This document shows positions 9,546 through 18,882 of a stretch of 64,000 bases of DNA, piece after piece; positions within the stretch are counted from its first letter, which is position 1, and every line of letters starts with the position of its first letter. Where the stretch lies: positions 52,457 to 116,456 of the IMG/VR virus record IMGVR_UViG_3300028581_002181; one strand, given 5' to 3'. This DNA comes from a virus. A program made the position numbers and the translations under genes. Under the pieces are notes generated by a model, which worked only from the letters and a program-made list of their open reading frames with translations, ran no database searches and was not told the origin of the DNA.

Positions 9546-10703
9546 ATGGAAGATACAAAAACTATAAGTTTGTGCGATCATTGTTATCGTCATTGTGCAG
9601 CAGAACGTGTCACACGTGCGGATGGAGTATATCTTGTAAAAACCTGTGAAGAGCATGGAGAAATGCAGCATATGGTAGAAAGAAATATCGAATTTTATCA
9701 GCAACTGCATTATGATGTTTCTGGTTACAGTATACCTCACGGCACCATGGTTGAAGTCACTGACAGATGCAACTTGAATTGCCCCCATTGTTATCATAAA
9801 CCTGATAATAAATTACAGGACCGATCTATAGAAAGTATATGTAAACAAATTGCAGAAAAATTTGATGCTGAATCAGGTGCTGTGATATTGGCAGGTGCTG
9901 AACCCACAGTGCGTAAAGATTTACCAAAATTAATTATTCAAATTAAATCATTATTAAAAAAATTAAACAGGCCTGAAGATGTGTGCATATTAACCAATGG
10001 AGTAAAGTTGTCTGACAGAGCATGGGTGAAAGAAATCGCTGCTGCTGGAGCCACCATGGTGATGATTGGCATGAACCATCACACATATCAAGGTCACACG
10101 GTGCATCAAAAACAATTGCAAGGCATAGACAACTGTATTGCTGAAGGAATTTTTGTGTACTATGTGGGCTATACATTGGAAAGTTTGGATCATATGGAAG
10201 AAGTGTTGGAAGAAATTCAATCTTTGGGTAATAAGAGTTGGCAGTATAGGATCAGAGCAGGTTCCGACATAGGTAGATCACCCAATGAACCTAGATTCTT
10301 TCTCAGTGATCATGTGGCATTAATAAAATCTATCTGTGATCGCAAAGGATGGACTTGGGAAAAACACACAGCCGATGACAATCTTTATCACTACATGGTG
10401 AACATCAACGGTATCACTCATAGGATAATACAGTGGAGTGATCATAAGACCATTGACTTGGAACAATTGCAGTGTGGACCTTGGTGTGACTTTGTGCCGG
10501 GAAAACCTGTAACAAATTTTTTACATCAAATTATGTTGCGAGATGCTGTGGTGAATAAAAAAATGTTATTGCACGACACTGTGCCTGATCGTTATGTGAT
10601 TCAATCAAAAAATATAGATTATAAAGAGTCTCAATGGACTTATCTCAGTTGGGCTGATTATAAAAAATTACAACAAAAAAGTATTAGTATGCTACGAAGT
10701 TAG
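9546..10703 (+). CDS. Radical SAM protein of the MJ0619/Tes-like family with N-terminal Cys/His rubredoxin-like domain
   Basis: TISLCDHC...KTCEEHG N-terminus; EVTDRCNLNCPHCY; AGAEPT; LTNG. Confidence 0.7.
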   Translation: MEDTKTISLCDHCYRHCAAERVTRADGVYLVKTCEEHGEMQHMVERNIEFYQQLHYDVSGYSIPHGTMVEVTDRCNLNCPHCYHKPDNKLQDRSIESICKQIAEKFDAESGAVILAGAEPTVRKDLPKLIIQIKSLLKKLNRPEDVCILTNGVKLSDRAWVKEIAAAGATMVMIGMNHHTYQGHTVHQKQLQGIDNCIAEGIFVYYVGYTLESLDHMEEVLEEIQSLGNKSWQYRIRAGSDIGRSPNEPRFFLSDHVALIKSICDRKGWTWEKHTADDNLYHYMVNINGITHRIIQWSDHKTIDLEQLQCGPWCDFVPGKPVTNFLHQIMLRDAVVNKKMLLHDTVPDRYVIQSKNIDYKESQWTYLSWADYKKLQQKSISMLRS

Positions 10704-12057
10704 AGAAGTGTACTTCGTATTTGAAAATCGTACCAGATAAAAATGTGTTAGGTGTCTGCACTCTTAATCTCACGTTTGCTCCACTGATATCAGCTGTGAC
10801 TGCATTCACTGGGTTAGAGCCGGTGAATGTGGATGCAATAGATTGTATGCTGGCTAATCCAGTACCGTTTGCAATCAAAAATTCTCCGATATAACTGTCA
10901 TTGGCACTATAATGCACGTGAATGGTCACTTTGGCTGCTCTGTAAATTGCGTGAGCATAAGTCAATGCTGTGTAGGTTTCCAGAGTGCTGCTGGTCACTT
11001 GTGTGTATGTGCCTGAATTCATTCCGGTTAAAACTTTTTCCACACCAGCTGTGGTGTTGAAAGATGCATTGCCTGCCACTGATAATGTGGCAGTGGGATT
11101 GATCATGTTCACTCCCAGTTCACCAAAAGAATTGAAAACTAAAAATTTTAAAGATGCTCCACCATCATCTGAAGTGGCAAAACCTATTGCGCCTGGTACT
11201 GCACCTGGTGCTACTGGATTGTTTGAGTCTGTTTCTACACTGGCAAATAAAGCACTGGAAAATCTATAAGCAGTGCCGTCATGTCCACTAACATTCAGTG
11301 TGAACAATGGATCGCCTTGTTGCAAAATTGTAGGCACACTGAGAGTGCCTCTAGACACATTTATTTCAAAACTGTCATTGCTGGTGCCATCAGTTAACGA
11401 ATTAATTCTTAAACTTTTATTAGAGATTACAGGAGCTTTAATATTTAAAGCTGTGCCCAAAGCTGAATTGTTTGCGCCTATTTGTAAGGTGTCCAAACCG
11501 TTCAATAGAGTCACTATATTGTCAGTGATCACCACATCGCCGTTGCTGACTATATTGGTGGCAGGATTAGTGCTCAATAATAATGTGCCTGCTGTGCTGT
11601 ACACATCTGCTTTGATTCTTTTTTGTATGCCATCCACCATTGCTGTGGAGTCATCTGCAAACACTGAACCGTTGAGATCTCCTGTGACATCACCGCTCAC
11701 GTTGCCTGTAAGGTTACCAGTGACGTTGCCAGTCACGTTGCCGCTCACGTTGCCTGTGACGTTGCCTGTTAAATTTCCTGTGACGTTGCCTGTGAGTGCT
11801 CCGTATATGTTTACAAAACGCCCTTCAGCCCAGCGATTGCCCGCTGCACCTATGTCACGTAAATTGTCTGCATCTGGAGTTACGTCGGTAGTAATGCCTG
11901 AAAATGCCACAGAGCCAGTGTCTACGGCTGTGCCGCCCACTGTTGAACCATCACCCACAAATAATTGTTTGGTATCTGTGGTGTAAATCAGTTCTCCCTG
12001 CAATGGAGTGATCAACAGTCTTTGTGCGTTTGTGCCACGTCTTAATCTCAATGCCAT
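10684..12057 (-). CDS. Tail fibre/virion structural protein
   Basis: N-terminal ALRLRRGT...GELIYTTDTKQLFVGDG typical of phage fibre N-domains; GNVTGNLT repeats; late promoter upstream. Confidence 0.7.
   Translation of the reverse strand: MALRLRRGTNAQRLLITPLQGELIYTTDTKQLFVGDGSTVGGTAVDTGSVAFSGITTDVTPDADNLRDIGAAGNRWAEGRFVNIYGALTGNVTGNLTGNVTGNVSGNVTGNVTGNLTGNVSGDVTGDLNGSVFADDSTAMVDGIQKRIKADVYSTAGTLLLSTNPATNIVSNGDVVITDNIVTLLNGLDTLQIGANNSALGTALNIKAPVISNKSLRINSLTDGTSNDSFEINVSRGTLSVPTILQQGDPLFTLNVSGHDGTAYRFSSALFASVETDSNNPVAPGAVPGAIGFATSDDGGASLKFLVFNSFGELGVNMINPTATLSVAGNASFNTTAGVEKVLTGMNSGTYTQVTSSTLETYTALTYAHAIYRAAKVTIHVHYSANDSYIGEFLIANGTGLASIQSIASTFTGSNPVNAVTADISGANVRLRVQTPNTFLSGTIFKYEVHFSNFVAY
11672..11796 (-). 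repeat. Degenerate 12-bp-period coding repeat (G-N/D-V/L-T/S tetrapeptides)
   Basis: Repeated gttgcctgtgac-like units encoding GNVTGNLTGNVTGNVS; boundaries approximate. Confidence 0.85.
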
Positions 12058-12089
12058 ATGCTGTGTTGCTCCTTGTGTGTATTACTGTG

Positions 12090-12097
12090 TATTTATA
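12090..12097 (-). promoter_or_regulatory. T4 late promoter consensus TATAAATA
   Basis: Exact consensus 33 nt upstream of the fibre gene, with an AAGGAG Shine-Dalgarno between them. Confidence 0.7.
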
Positions 12098-12127
12098 TCT
12101 ACAATTGGGTTTATGGCCTTGAACATT

Positions 12128-12451
12128 TTACTTTTTAAAGAACTTTTTGGTGTGTTTTTCAATGTCTTTTTTGACCTTTTCTGTGTCCAGTCTAAAATCC
12201 ACATTTTTGATGCTGTCTGTGTAGGTCTTAAACAGCTCATTTAATGTCTGTTCTAGATTGCTGTTGGTGAGTTTTTTGGTGTTGTTTTTGACCTTGATGT
12301 CCCACTTTTTACCATCTTTGAAAGTGACCTTGATGGCCAGCAGGTACTGTATGGGTATGGCCCGCACAGTGACATCACTGAACACTTCGGGCCAATGATC
12401 CACCACATTTTTGGGCAAATTTTTCTTGCCAAATATCACCATATTGTGCAT
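12128..12451 (-). CDS. Hypothetical phage protein
   Basis: Fits the minus-strand gene pack; true start may be internal. Confidence 0.6.
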   Translation of the reverse strand: MHNMVIFGKKNLPKNVVDHWPEVFSDVTVRAIPIQYLLAIKVTFKDGKKWDIKVKNNTKKLTNSNLEQTLNELFKTYTDSIKNVDFRLDTEKVKKDIEKHTKKFFKK

Positions 12452-13030
12452 CTATTCGGTGGATTTGTTTTTGAGTTCGTCTGCTTGTTTTCTCAATCGT
12501 GCTGCTTCTTTGTAGAGTCTATCTGCATCACTTCTCAATTTGGCAGCCAATTGCTCGTCAGTCATCACAGTTTCTTTTTTCAAAGATTCCATCACTGGAT
12601 TCACTATCTGTCGGGCCTGTGTGCTCACTGGTTGTTCATCACTGGGTGTGATGGCCAATTCTGCAATCTTCAAACCTTTTTGTTGTGCTATGGCAGCATT
12701 CAAAGCATCCAAACTGATTGTGGTGTTGACATTGGGAGTCATTTCTATTTGATCAGCTTTGACTTTTTTCATCAATCCTTTCACATGGAATCTAGCCAGC
12801 ATGATGGAACCATCACCCAATTGAGTGCGGGCCATGGCTTCGGCCAACTCATATGAAGTTTGACTGGCAGCACTGTGGATCAAATCCATCAGTCTTATGT
12901 GCTCATCTGATTCTAAATTGCTGGTGGGTACCACCAATGCATGTTCAGGATCGCTGGGCAATACTCTATACACCACTCCCACTACTTCTTTGGTGTCTTT
13001 GAATCTGCCCAAATGTTTCACTTCGCTCAT
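12452..13030 (-). CDS. Hypothetical phage protein
   Basis: 192 aa ORF abutting both neighbours; coiled-coil C-terminus. Confidence 0.75.
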   Translation of the reverse strand: MSEVKHLGRFKDTKEVVGVVYRVLPSDPEHALVVPTSNLESDEHIRLMDLIHSAASQTSYELAEAMARTQLGDGSIMLARFHVKGLMKKVKADQIEMTPNVNTTISLDALNAAIAQQKGLKIAELAITPSDEQPVSTQARQIVNPVMESLKKETVMTDEQLAAKLRSDADRLYKEAARLRKQADELKNKSTE

Positions 13031-13329
13031 TACTTTTTATCTCCAGTCACGGGTGCTGCTGGTTTGGCAGCTGGTGCGGCTGTGGCTTGAGCGGCTTGTT
13101 GTTGAGCTTGAATGGCATTTAAAAATGCTTCCAGTTTGTTGTATGTGGTGCCCACTGCTTGCATTTCGCCTGCTTTGAATGCACCTCTTTGTGATGCCAC
13201 TTCAATGATGGCTTTGATTGTGTTTAAATCCTGCACAGTGAGATCACCTGATTTATTGTCAGGAGCTCCAGCAGGAGTGGCAGCTTTGGCCTGTTCAGGC
13301 GTGGCTGCAGTTTTTGTTTGTTCGTTCAT
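13030..13329 (-). CDS. Hypothetical phage protein (start re-assigned to MNEQTK)
   Basis: AAGGAG SD at 13338-13343; helical core flanked by Ala/Pro-rich tails. Confidence 0.7.
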   Translation of the reverse strand: MNEQTKTAATPEQAKAATPAGAPDNKSGDLTVQDLNTIKAIIEVASQRGAFKAGEMQAVGTTYNKLEAFLNAIQAQQQAAQATAAPAAKPAAPVTGDKK

Positions 13330-13361
13330 TATGGTTTCTCCTTTGTATATACAGCAGTTAT

Positions 13362-13646
13362 TTAACTGTTGATGATATAAGGGCAACCTAAAGTGAATAG
13401 AGTGAGTTCTTTGGCGTCTTCAAAACCAATTTTGATGGCATACTCCACTTTTTTATCCTGGGAGTTCTGTACCATTTTTGCTGTGTAAAATCTGCCTTTG
13501 AGATTGATGCGAATCCAATCATCCAATTTGTCCTGCACACCATAATCAAATCGTATCTGCATGTAGGTGAAATGTGGCAAAGGCTTGACCACTTTTCTAA
13601 TACCAAAAAAATTTAGAGCATTGGGCTCACCATTTTTTTGCAACAT
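13362..13646 (-). CDS. Hypothetical phage protein
   Basis: 94 aa ORF with 1-bp overlap with the VWA gene stop. Confidence 0.65.
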   Translation of the reverse strand: MLQKNGEPNALNFFGIRKVVKPLPHFTYMQIRFDYGVQDKLDDWIRINLKGRFYTAKMVQNSQDKKVEYAIKIGFEDAKELTLFTLGCPYIINS

Positions 13647-14884
13647 CAGTCCTCGTATTTGGTAGTGATACCGAATGGTGCTTCGATTCTATCGTTGTGG
13701 TTGTCATGTATCACAAACACTGTGTCACAATAGTTGGGATCACCCCAACTGTCGTAGGTATATCCATCTGTGAACATGATTAATCTTTTGGGCACAATGT
13801 CATTTGCCTTCATGTATTCCCAATTGCACATAAAGTCTGTGCCACCACCACCTGTGATGCTGTACTGACTGATGTCACCATCATTAGGACCATAATCTTG
13901 TTCATTGTACACTTCTGTGTCAAAAGTCCACACTTTTATCTTGTAATCTTTGTATTGATCCATGATGGATTTGATTTCGCTCAAAAACACAGTCAATTGT
14001 TTTTCACTGATGGATCCACTGGCATCAATGGCCACAGCAATGTCTATGGTTTGTTCAAACTGCGAACCTGGCAGCACCACACCTGAATGCCATCCTTTGC
14101 GGCTGGGTCTCATAAAACTGTAATCACTTTTGATGGTGCTTTGAATTTGTGTTTGCAATATTTCTCTCCAATTCATTTTGGGATTGGTCATGCTCTGCAC
14201 AATTCTTTCCACTTCTTTGGGTAAGTTTCCTGCACCTGCTGCCTGAGCTGATTGCAGTATGGAATCTTTGATTTCGTCTCTTATTTTTCTCAATTCTTCT
14301 TTGCTGAATGCGGGCTTTTTTTGTTTGCCTTTGTCTTTGTCATCTTTGCTGGGTCCTTGGCCATTGTCATCACCCCAATCCAAATGTTCATCCAACAGTT
14401 GACCTAATTTTTGCAATTGTTTTTCGTCATATTTTTTATAAATTTCATCATACACTTTTTCTGAACTCCAACCTTCATATTTGAAGTCTTGGAATATGGG
14501 TATGTCTTTGGGTTTTTCACCAATGTTGTCTCTCACCAATGTGTTGTTCACAATGTAGTCACAGGCCACATTGTAGATCTGTCTATCTCTTTGTTCAGTT
14601 CTGCCAATGTGGTCAAACACACAGTGCAGTATTTCATGTGCTATCACAAATTCAATTTCTCTTGAAGAAAGTTTACTGAAAAACTTGGTGTTGTAATAAA
14701 GATTTCTGCCATCAGTGGCTGCTGTGGGACACCATTCATCACACTCTTGAATGCCCAATCTAGTGGCCATGTTGCCAAAGAAAGGATGTCTCAACAACAA
14801 TCCTACTCTGGCCACAATAATTTTATCCAACACTTCTTGTTGTATTTTGTTTAATTTTTCTTGTTGTTTTGTGTTCATAATCAT
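13646..14884 (-). CDS. HExxH metallopeptidase-like domain plus VWA domain protein (DUF2201-like)
   Basis: TAATDG, HEILH and VWA MIDAS motif DASGS...GGGTDF...FTDG. Confidence 0.8.
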   Translation of the reverse strand: MIMNTKQQEKLNKIQQEVLDKIIVARVGLLLRHPFFGNMATRLGIQECDEWCPTAATDGRNLYYNTKFFSKLSSREIEFVIAHEILHCVFDHIGRTEQRDRQIYNVACDYIVNNTLVRDNIGEKPKDIPIFQDFKYEGWSSEKVYDEIYKKYDEKQLQKLGQLLDEHLDWGDDNGQGPSKDDKDKGKQKKPAFSKEELRKIRDEIKDSILQSAQAAGAGNLPKEVERIVQSMTNPKMNWREILQTQIQSTIKSDYSFMRPSRKGWHSGVVLPGSQFEQTIDIAVAIDASGSISEKQLTVFLSEIKSIMDQYKDYKIKVWTFDTEVYNEQDYGPNDGDISQYSITGGGGTDFMCNWEYMKANDIVPKRLIMFTDGYTYDSWGDPNYCDTVFVIHDNHNDRIEAPFGITTKYED

Positions 14885-14896
14885 TTAATGAAATTA

Positions 14897-14915
14897 GGGC
14901 ACCCTAAGGGTGCCC
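14897..14915. promoter_or_regulatory. Perfect GC-rich inverted repeat between the AAA and VWA genes
   Basis: GGGCACCC-TAA-GGGTGCCC; only a weak U-tract follows on the coding strand. Confidence 0.6.
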
Positions 14916-14923
14916 CAATATGG

Positions 14924-16036
14924 TTACTCTTTTGGAGTAACCTTTTGTGCGGCAATCACATACTTGCCGTACTTCTCATGGAACTCATCGAAACATTTGA
15001 TACTGTCTGGATCAATTGGCAACTGATACTGTGTGAGTGCAAGTTTAATGCCCATCACCACTATTTCAGTGTCGAAGTTATCCATAGAAAATCTAAGAAA
15101 CTTATTGACCTTGTCATTAAACTTCTTATCTTTCTTATCACATGCGTCTTTCAGTTCGTAGCAAAGGGAGACCGTCAAGGAATACATGGCACTGATTTCT
15201 TTGGTCTTCATTTTTTCTACCTTCCCTGACAAGATGTCAGATGGATTTGGTAGGTCCTTAGCTACTTTCCTATGAGCCATGAATTTTACTGCGAGTCCTT
15301 CACCCACAGCACCGCTTACTAGGTCGGCTGTGGTACTCTCGTCTATTTCGTCACCAAGTAATTCGCTGACGAATGTCCAAGATCTAGGAGTTGCAAATGA
15401 TCTGCCTGAACTCTTGGGCTCAAAATCGTATAAATCTTTTTTGCTGAATGTCAAAAATCCCACCACATCTTTGTGTATGTTGTGTTGCACAGCCCATTGA
15501 AACCAATCCTCAAAATCCACTTTCATTTCAATGTGTATAAATCTATTGGCCAGCGGTGCAGGCATTCTGTATGTGATACCTCTGTCCGCTTCTCTATTAC
15601 CAGCGGCAATAATCACCACATTGTCAGGCAGTTTGTATGTGCCCACTCTTCTATTGAGAATCAATTGATATGCTGCCGCTTGTACTGATGGAGCGGCTGA
15701 ATTCATTTCATCCAAAAATAGTATAATTTTTTTATGATTTTTAGACATTGCTTCTGTAGGCAGTTCACTGGGAGAGGCCCAAATCATATTGTTTTCTTTG
15801 GCATTGTAATAGGGAATTCCTTTGATATCTGTGGGTTCCCATAAACTTAATCTGATATCAATCACTTTGGCATCTATGCTGTCTGCAATCTGATGCACTA
15901 TATCGGATTTACCAATACCAGGTGCTCCCCATAAAAATATAGGACGTTGTTTGTTGATTGCGTGTGTGATGCTTCTCTTTGCGTTGTTGGGACTAATCTG
16001 CCTTACTGCTAGACTGTCTTTGTCTGACTTTGCCAT
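14924..16036 (-). CDS. MoxR-like AAA+ ATPase
   Basis: Walker A GAPGIGKS, Walker B LFLDE, AAGN, arginine finger LANRF. Confidence 0.85.
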   Translation of the reverse strand: MAKSDKDSLAVRQISPNNAKRSITHAINKQRPIFLWGAPGIGKSDIVHQIADSIDAKVIDIRLSLWEPTDIKGIPYYNAKENNMIWASPSELPTEAMSKNHKKIILFLDEMNSAAPSVQAAAYQLILNRRVGTYKLPDNVVIIAAGNREADRGITYRMPAPLANRFIHIEMKVDFEDWFQWAVQHNIHKDVVGFLTFSKKDLYDFEPKSSGRSFATPRSWTFVSELLGDEIDESTTADLVSGAVGEGLAVKFMAHRKVAKDLPNPSDILSGKVEKMKTKEISAMYSLTVSLCYELKDACDKKDKKFNDKVNKFLRFSMDNFDTEIVVMGIKLALTQYQLPIDPDSIKCFDEFHEKYGKYVIAAQKVTPKE

Positions 16037-16082
16037 AATGTACTCCTTTTTTTAGTTTGTTTCAGTGCCTTATTGTTATTAC

Positions 16083-16111
16083 ATAATAGCATCTGAAGAA
16101 TAATAAGTCAA
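16083..16111 (-). promoter_or_regulatory. Sigma70-type promoter
   Basis: TTGACT-17-TATTAT upstream of the AAA ATPase; AGGAG SD follows. Confidence 0.7.
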
Positions 16112-16176
16112 ACTTTTTTGAAAGAAAAAAGTGTTCAGATTCAGTGGCTTAAAAACACTTGTAAATTGTGGATAAT

Positions 16177-16563
16177 TTAAGATTCTAATGGTCTAGCCAT
16201 GGCTTTGATCAAACCATATTTGCGTATGTCGCCTGAAAATAAGTGAAGTTCCATGGCCTTTTTCTCATTGGTCACAATGATGCCATCAGCGGCCAAATAG
16301 TATGGACAGTCTATAAACTTGTCTAAAAATATCAACACCTGTGTGGTGATGGTGAATTCCTGTGGAAAAGGCACATCATAGGTGTGCAGTTGCAGGCGAT
16401 CCTGCACAAACTTCAAACCTTCTTCAGTGAGACGCAATCCTCCTTCATCTTTCACACGACTGTTGCGCCACCAAACGGGTAGGTATTCCTTTATGGTAGT
16501 TTCCGTGATGCTTATGTTGGCCTGCTGGAGGAATATTTTAGTGTAGGTGGTTTTCCAGTCCAT
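16177..16563 (-). CDS. Hypothetical phage protein
   Basis: 128 aa ORF, translationally coupled to the upstream gene. Confidence 0.7.
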   Translation of the reverse strand: MDWKTTYTKIFLQQANISITETTIKEYLPVWWRNSRVKDEGGLRLTEEGLKFVQDRLQLHTYDVPFPQEFTITTQVLIFLDKFIDCPYYLAADGIIVTNEKKAMELHLFSGDIRKYGLIKAMARPLES

Positions 16564-16880
16564 TATTTTTCGGTGACTGTTTCACCTTGTGTGAGTTTGA
16601 CCACTGTGAAATCCTGCACATTGAAAAGAGTGTTGAGTTTCTTGGCAAGATTGAATGCATGTCCTGGATTGGAAAAAGAAACCTTCTTGTATTTGGGACC
16701 AGGATAATTGGTGGTCATGTTGGATGATTTGAGATTGAATGGTTTATTCTTGTAAAACACGGCCCAGATGGCTTCTGCATCCAAAACTTGTTCGGATTTG
16801 TAGTCTTTTTTATTAACGTTCTCCAAAAGAACTGTGGGCTTGGGTCTACTCATGTTTTCCTTGTGATATGAGTTAAGCAC
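16563..16880 (-). CDS. Hypothetical phage protein (likely start MSRPKP)
   Basis: ATAAATA motif at 16884-16890; SD-like AAGGAA before the MSRPK start. Confidence 0.7.
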   Translation of the reverse strand: MLNSYHKENMSRPKPTVLLENVNKKDYKSEQVLDAEAIWAVFYKNKPFNLKSSNMTTNYPGPKYKKVSFSNPGHAFNLAKKLNTLFNVQDFTVVKLTQGETVTEK

Positions 16881-16945
16881 GTATATTTATGTCTTTTGGT
16901 AAGATATTTTTTTGGTACAGTGGTATCAACACCATACAATCTGTG

Positions 16946-17158
16946 TTAAAACAGGGTGTAAAACAGCACACACACCAATGCAATTGTAGACATCAAACTG
17001 ATGGCAAGCAAGGGAAAAAACGCCTTTAATTTGAATCTAATCCACATGTTTTTGCCCTCTTCTTGGAAGTATTCAGGCGCAGTCATGTAGGGATTAAAAT
17101 GGTTGTTGGGCAGTGTGGTGTTGGCTATTTGTTCTATTTCTTTGTCAGTGATGCTCAC
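16946..17158 (-). CDS. Small membrane protein
   Basis: C-terminal hydrophobic helix. Confidence 0.6.
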   Translation of the reverse strand: MSITDKEIEQIANTTLPNNHFNPYMTAPEYFQEEGKNMWIRFKLKAFFPLLAISLMSTIALVCVLFYTLF

Positions 17159-17415
17159 AGTTTGCCTCCATCCATCTGTATCTGTATGGTTTCTTCTTTG
17201 TCTTTTTTGGTGAGTAAATCTTCATAATTGCCTGCCAATCTACTCATCACAATGCCCAATGTGTAGGCTACATTTTTGGCAGTGGTGATATCGATTCGCA
17301 CTTCTTTTTGGTTGCTTTGATCAGCCACTTTGATCTGTTGTATCAATTGCTGTATGGGTGCTGTGTTGATGGGTGCATTACTCATTTGAGGTGTGTCCTT
17401 CCTGTTTGTTGGCAC
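17155..17415 (-). CDS. Hypothetical phage protein
   Basis: Coupled ORF in the operon. Confidence 0.6.
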   Translation of the reverse strand: MPTNRKDTPQMSNAPINTAPIQQLIQQIKVADQSNQKEVRIDITTAKNVAYTLGIVMSRLAGNYEDLLTKKDKEETIQIQMDGGKL

Positions 17416-17884
17416 TGCTGAGTTCTTGTTTCATTTCCAGCAATGTTTTGAATGGTCCTTTGTTGGGATATCTGTCTATGGTGAGCAGTTTGGGACAGAA
17501 ACTTTTGACCCATCCTTTTTCAAATTTAATAATATAATATCCAGCACAGTACAGTGATTTGGATTTTTTACTTTTGGTGAACAATGGCAATTTCTTCTGC
17601 ACGTCAAACACTGGATTACAAGGTTCAAACTTGGTGGGATATCCATACACTGTGTTGATGTCCACAGTGGATTCCTGTGACACAGTCACAGTGGTGTTGC
17701 CCCACAACCAATCACCTTGGAATTCTTGTCGCAATTGCTGTTCAGTGTCAAACATTTTTGTACCAGTGGCACAACTGAACATGTATCTGTGATCTTCTTG
17801 ACGACACAGTGTGCCCAACTTGATACCTTCTGATTCCAGTATCCAGAATTTGCCGTCCAATATGGGTTTAGCAATCACTGTCAT
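17378..17884 (-). CDS. Hypothetical phage protein
   Basis: 168 aa ORF with ATGA overlap with the RNase H stop. Confidence 0.7.
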   Translation of the reverse strand: MTVIAKPILDGKFWILESEGIKLGTLCRQEDHRYMFSCATGTKMFDTEQQLRQEFQGDWLWGNTTVTVSQESTVDINTVYGYPTKFEPCNPVFDVQKKLPLFTKSKKSKSLYCAGYYIIKFEKGWVKSFCPKLLTIDRYPNKGPFKTLLEMKQELSSANKQEGHTSNE

Positions 17885-18882
17885 GCTGTGACCTCCTCTT
17901 TAATTTTATATTTGGCATTCAATGGTTCAGCATAACTCTGTGCTTGGTCCACAATTCTTTGCATGTCCCATTTGGCACAAAATTTGATCAATTTGATTCC
18001 CACTTGTTCCACTGCTTTGGGTTGGGCTGCTTGTGCCACAGTTTCAGCCATAATTTGTTTGATTTCATCTGGTTGTGCTCGTAAATCACACAGTATCACG
18101 TTCCTATTGTAATCATCCAATACTCTGTGTTCCACACCTTCGTGATCCATCCATCTCTGCAACATCATGTTGTTCCAATTGAATCCTTTGTTCTTTCTGT
18201 CTTCATATGCTTCTCTCAATCCCACTTTGGTCTTGGTACCTTTGGTTCTCACTCCTGGAAACGCAGAAAATATATTGTCAGTGCTGTCTCCACGCACACA
18301 TTTTTCAAACAATTGCCATTCTGGCTCAGGCGCTGTTTTGTTTTCACCTGTTTTGTTGTCTTTGACCGGATTGCCTTTTTGGTCAAAATAACCTTTGTCA
18401 GTGATGGTCACTTCTGAAACGCCATTGTATTGCTTCACATTGGCAGCAATCAGTTGAGCAAAATCACTGTCTGTGCTGATGATTACATGCTGATCTCTAG
18501 GATGTGCTTGTATCCAAGCAGATATCAAATCATCTGCTTCCAATCTTGGATTTTGCAACACTGTGCAATTGGTTTTGTTCTGTATGAATTCTTTAAAATT
18601 ATCGAAAGTTTCCCAAAATACTGTCTCTTCTTCTTTTTCTTTGTCAGTGAGTGCTGCACGTGCATCCGATCTGTTGCGTTTGTAGGGTGCGTAAAAATCT
18701 TTGCGCCAACTGCGTCCTTCCAAACAAAATACCACATGATCTCCTTTGAAATCTTTCCATACTTTTCTTACACCGTTCAAAGTGATGTGCAAAGCCATGC
18801 CTATTTTTTCCGCCACATCTCCATTGGTCACATGGCGTGATCTAAAAAACACATTGGCTAAATCCACAAGCAAGTAAGTCAT
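17881..18882 (-). CDS. rnh: T4-like RNase H / 5'-3' exonuclease
   Basis: LLVD, WRKDFYAPYKRNR, LEADD, ISTDSDFAQL, GDSTDNI motifs of FEN-type nucleases. Confidence 0.85.
   Translation of the reverse strand: MTYLLVDLANVFFRSRHVTNGDVAEKIGMALHITLNGVRKVWKDFKGDHVVFCLEGRSWRKDFYAPYKRNRSDARAALTDKEKEEETVFWETFDNFKEFIQNKTNCTVLQNPRLEADDLISAWIQAHPRDQHVIISTDSDFAQLIAANVKQYNGVSEVTITDKGYFDQKGNPVKDNKTGENKTAPEPEWQLFEKCVRGDSTDNIFSAFPGVRTKGTKTKVGLREAYEDRKNKGFNWNNMMLQRWMDHEGVEHRVLDDYNRNVILCDLRAQPDEIKQIMAETVAQAAQPKAVEQVGIKLIKFCAKWDMQRIVDQAQSYAEPLNAKYKIKEEVTA

Noticed and set aside
11672-11796. Short periodic repeats considered as a CRISPR array or DGR variable/template repeat
   Set aside because: The repeats are in-frame tetrapeptide codings without unique spacers, there is no adenine-specific divergence pattern, and no reverse transcriptase or cas gene is in the window.
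11273-11986. 237-aa plus-strand ORF with PVTLPV repeats, and similar antisense ORFs at 57968-58396, 62053-62496 and 62932-63279
   Set aside because: They are antisense shadows of Gly/Thr/Asn-rich fibre genes whose codon bias avoids stops on the opposite strand.
14897-14915. Hairpin as a classical Rho-independent terminator
   Set aside because: It lacks a clear U-run on the coding strand and sits between two functionally linked genes, so it is kept only as a generic regulatory element.
16037-16176. Largest intergenic gap examined for tRNA or ncRNA
   Set aside because: It is explained by an SD, a sigma70 promoter and AT-rich upstream sequence; no cloverleaf or extended structure was seen.
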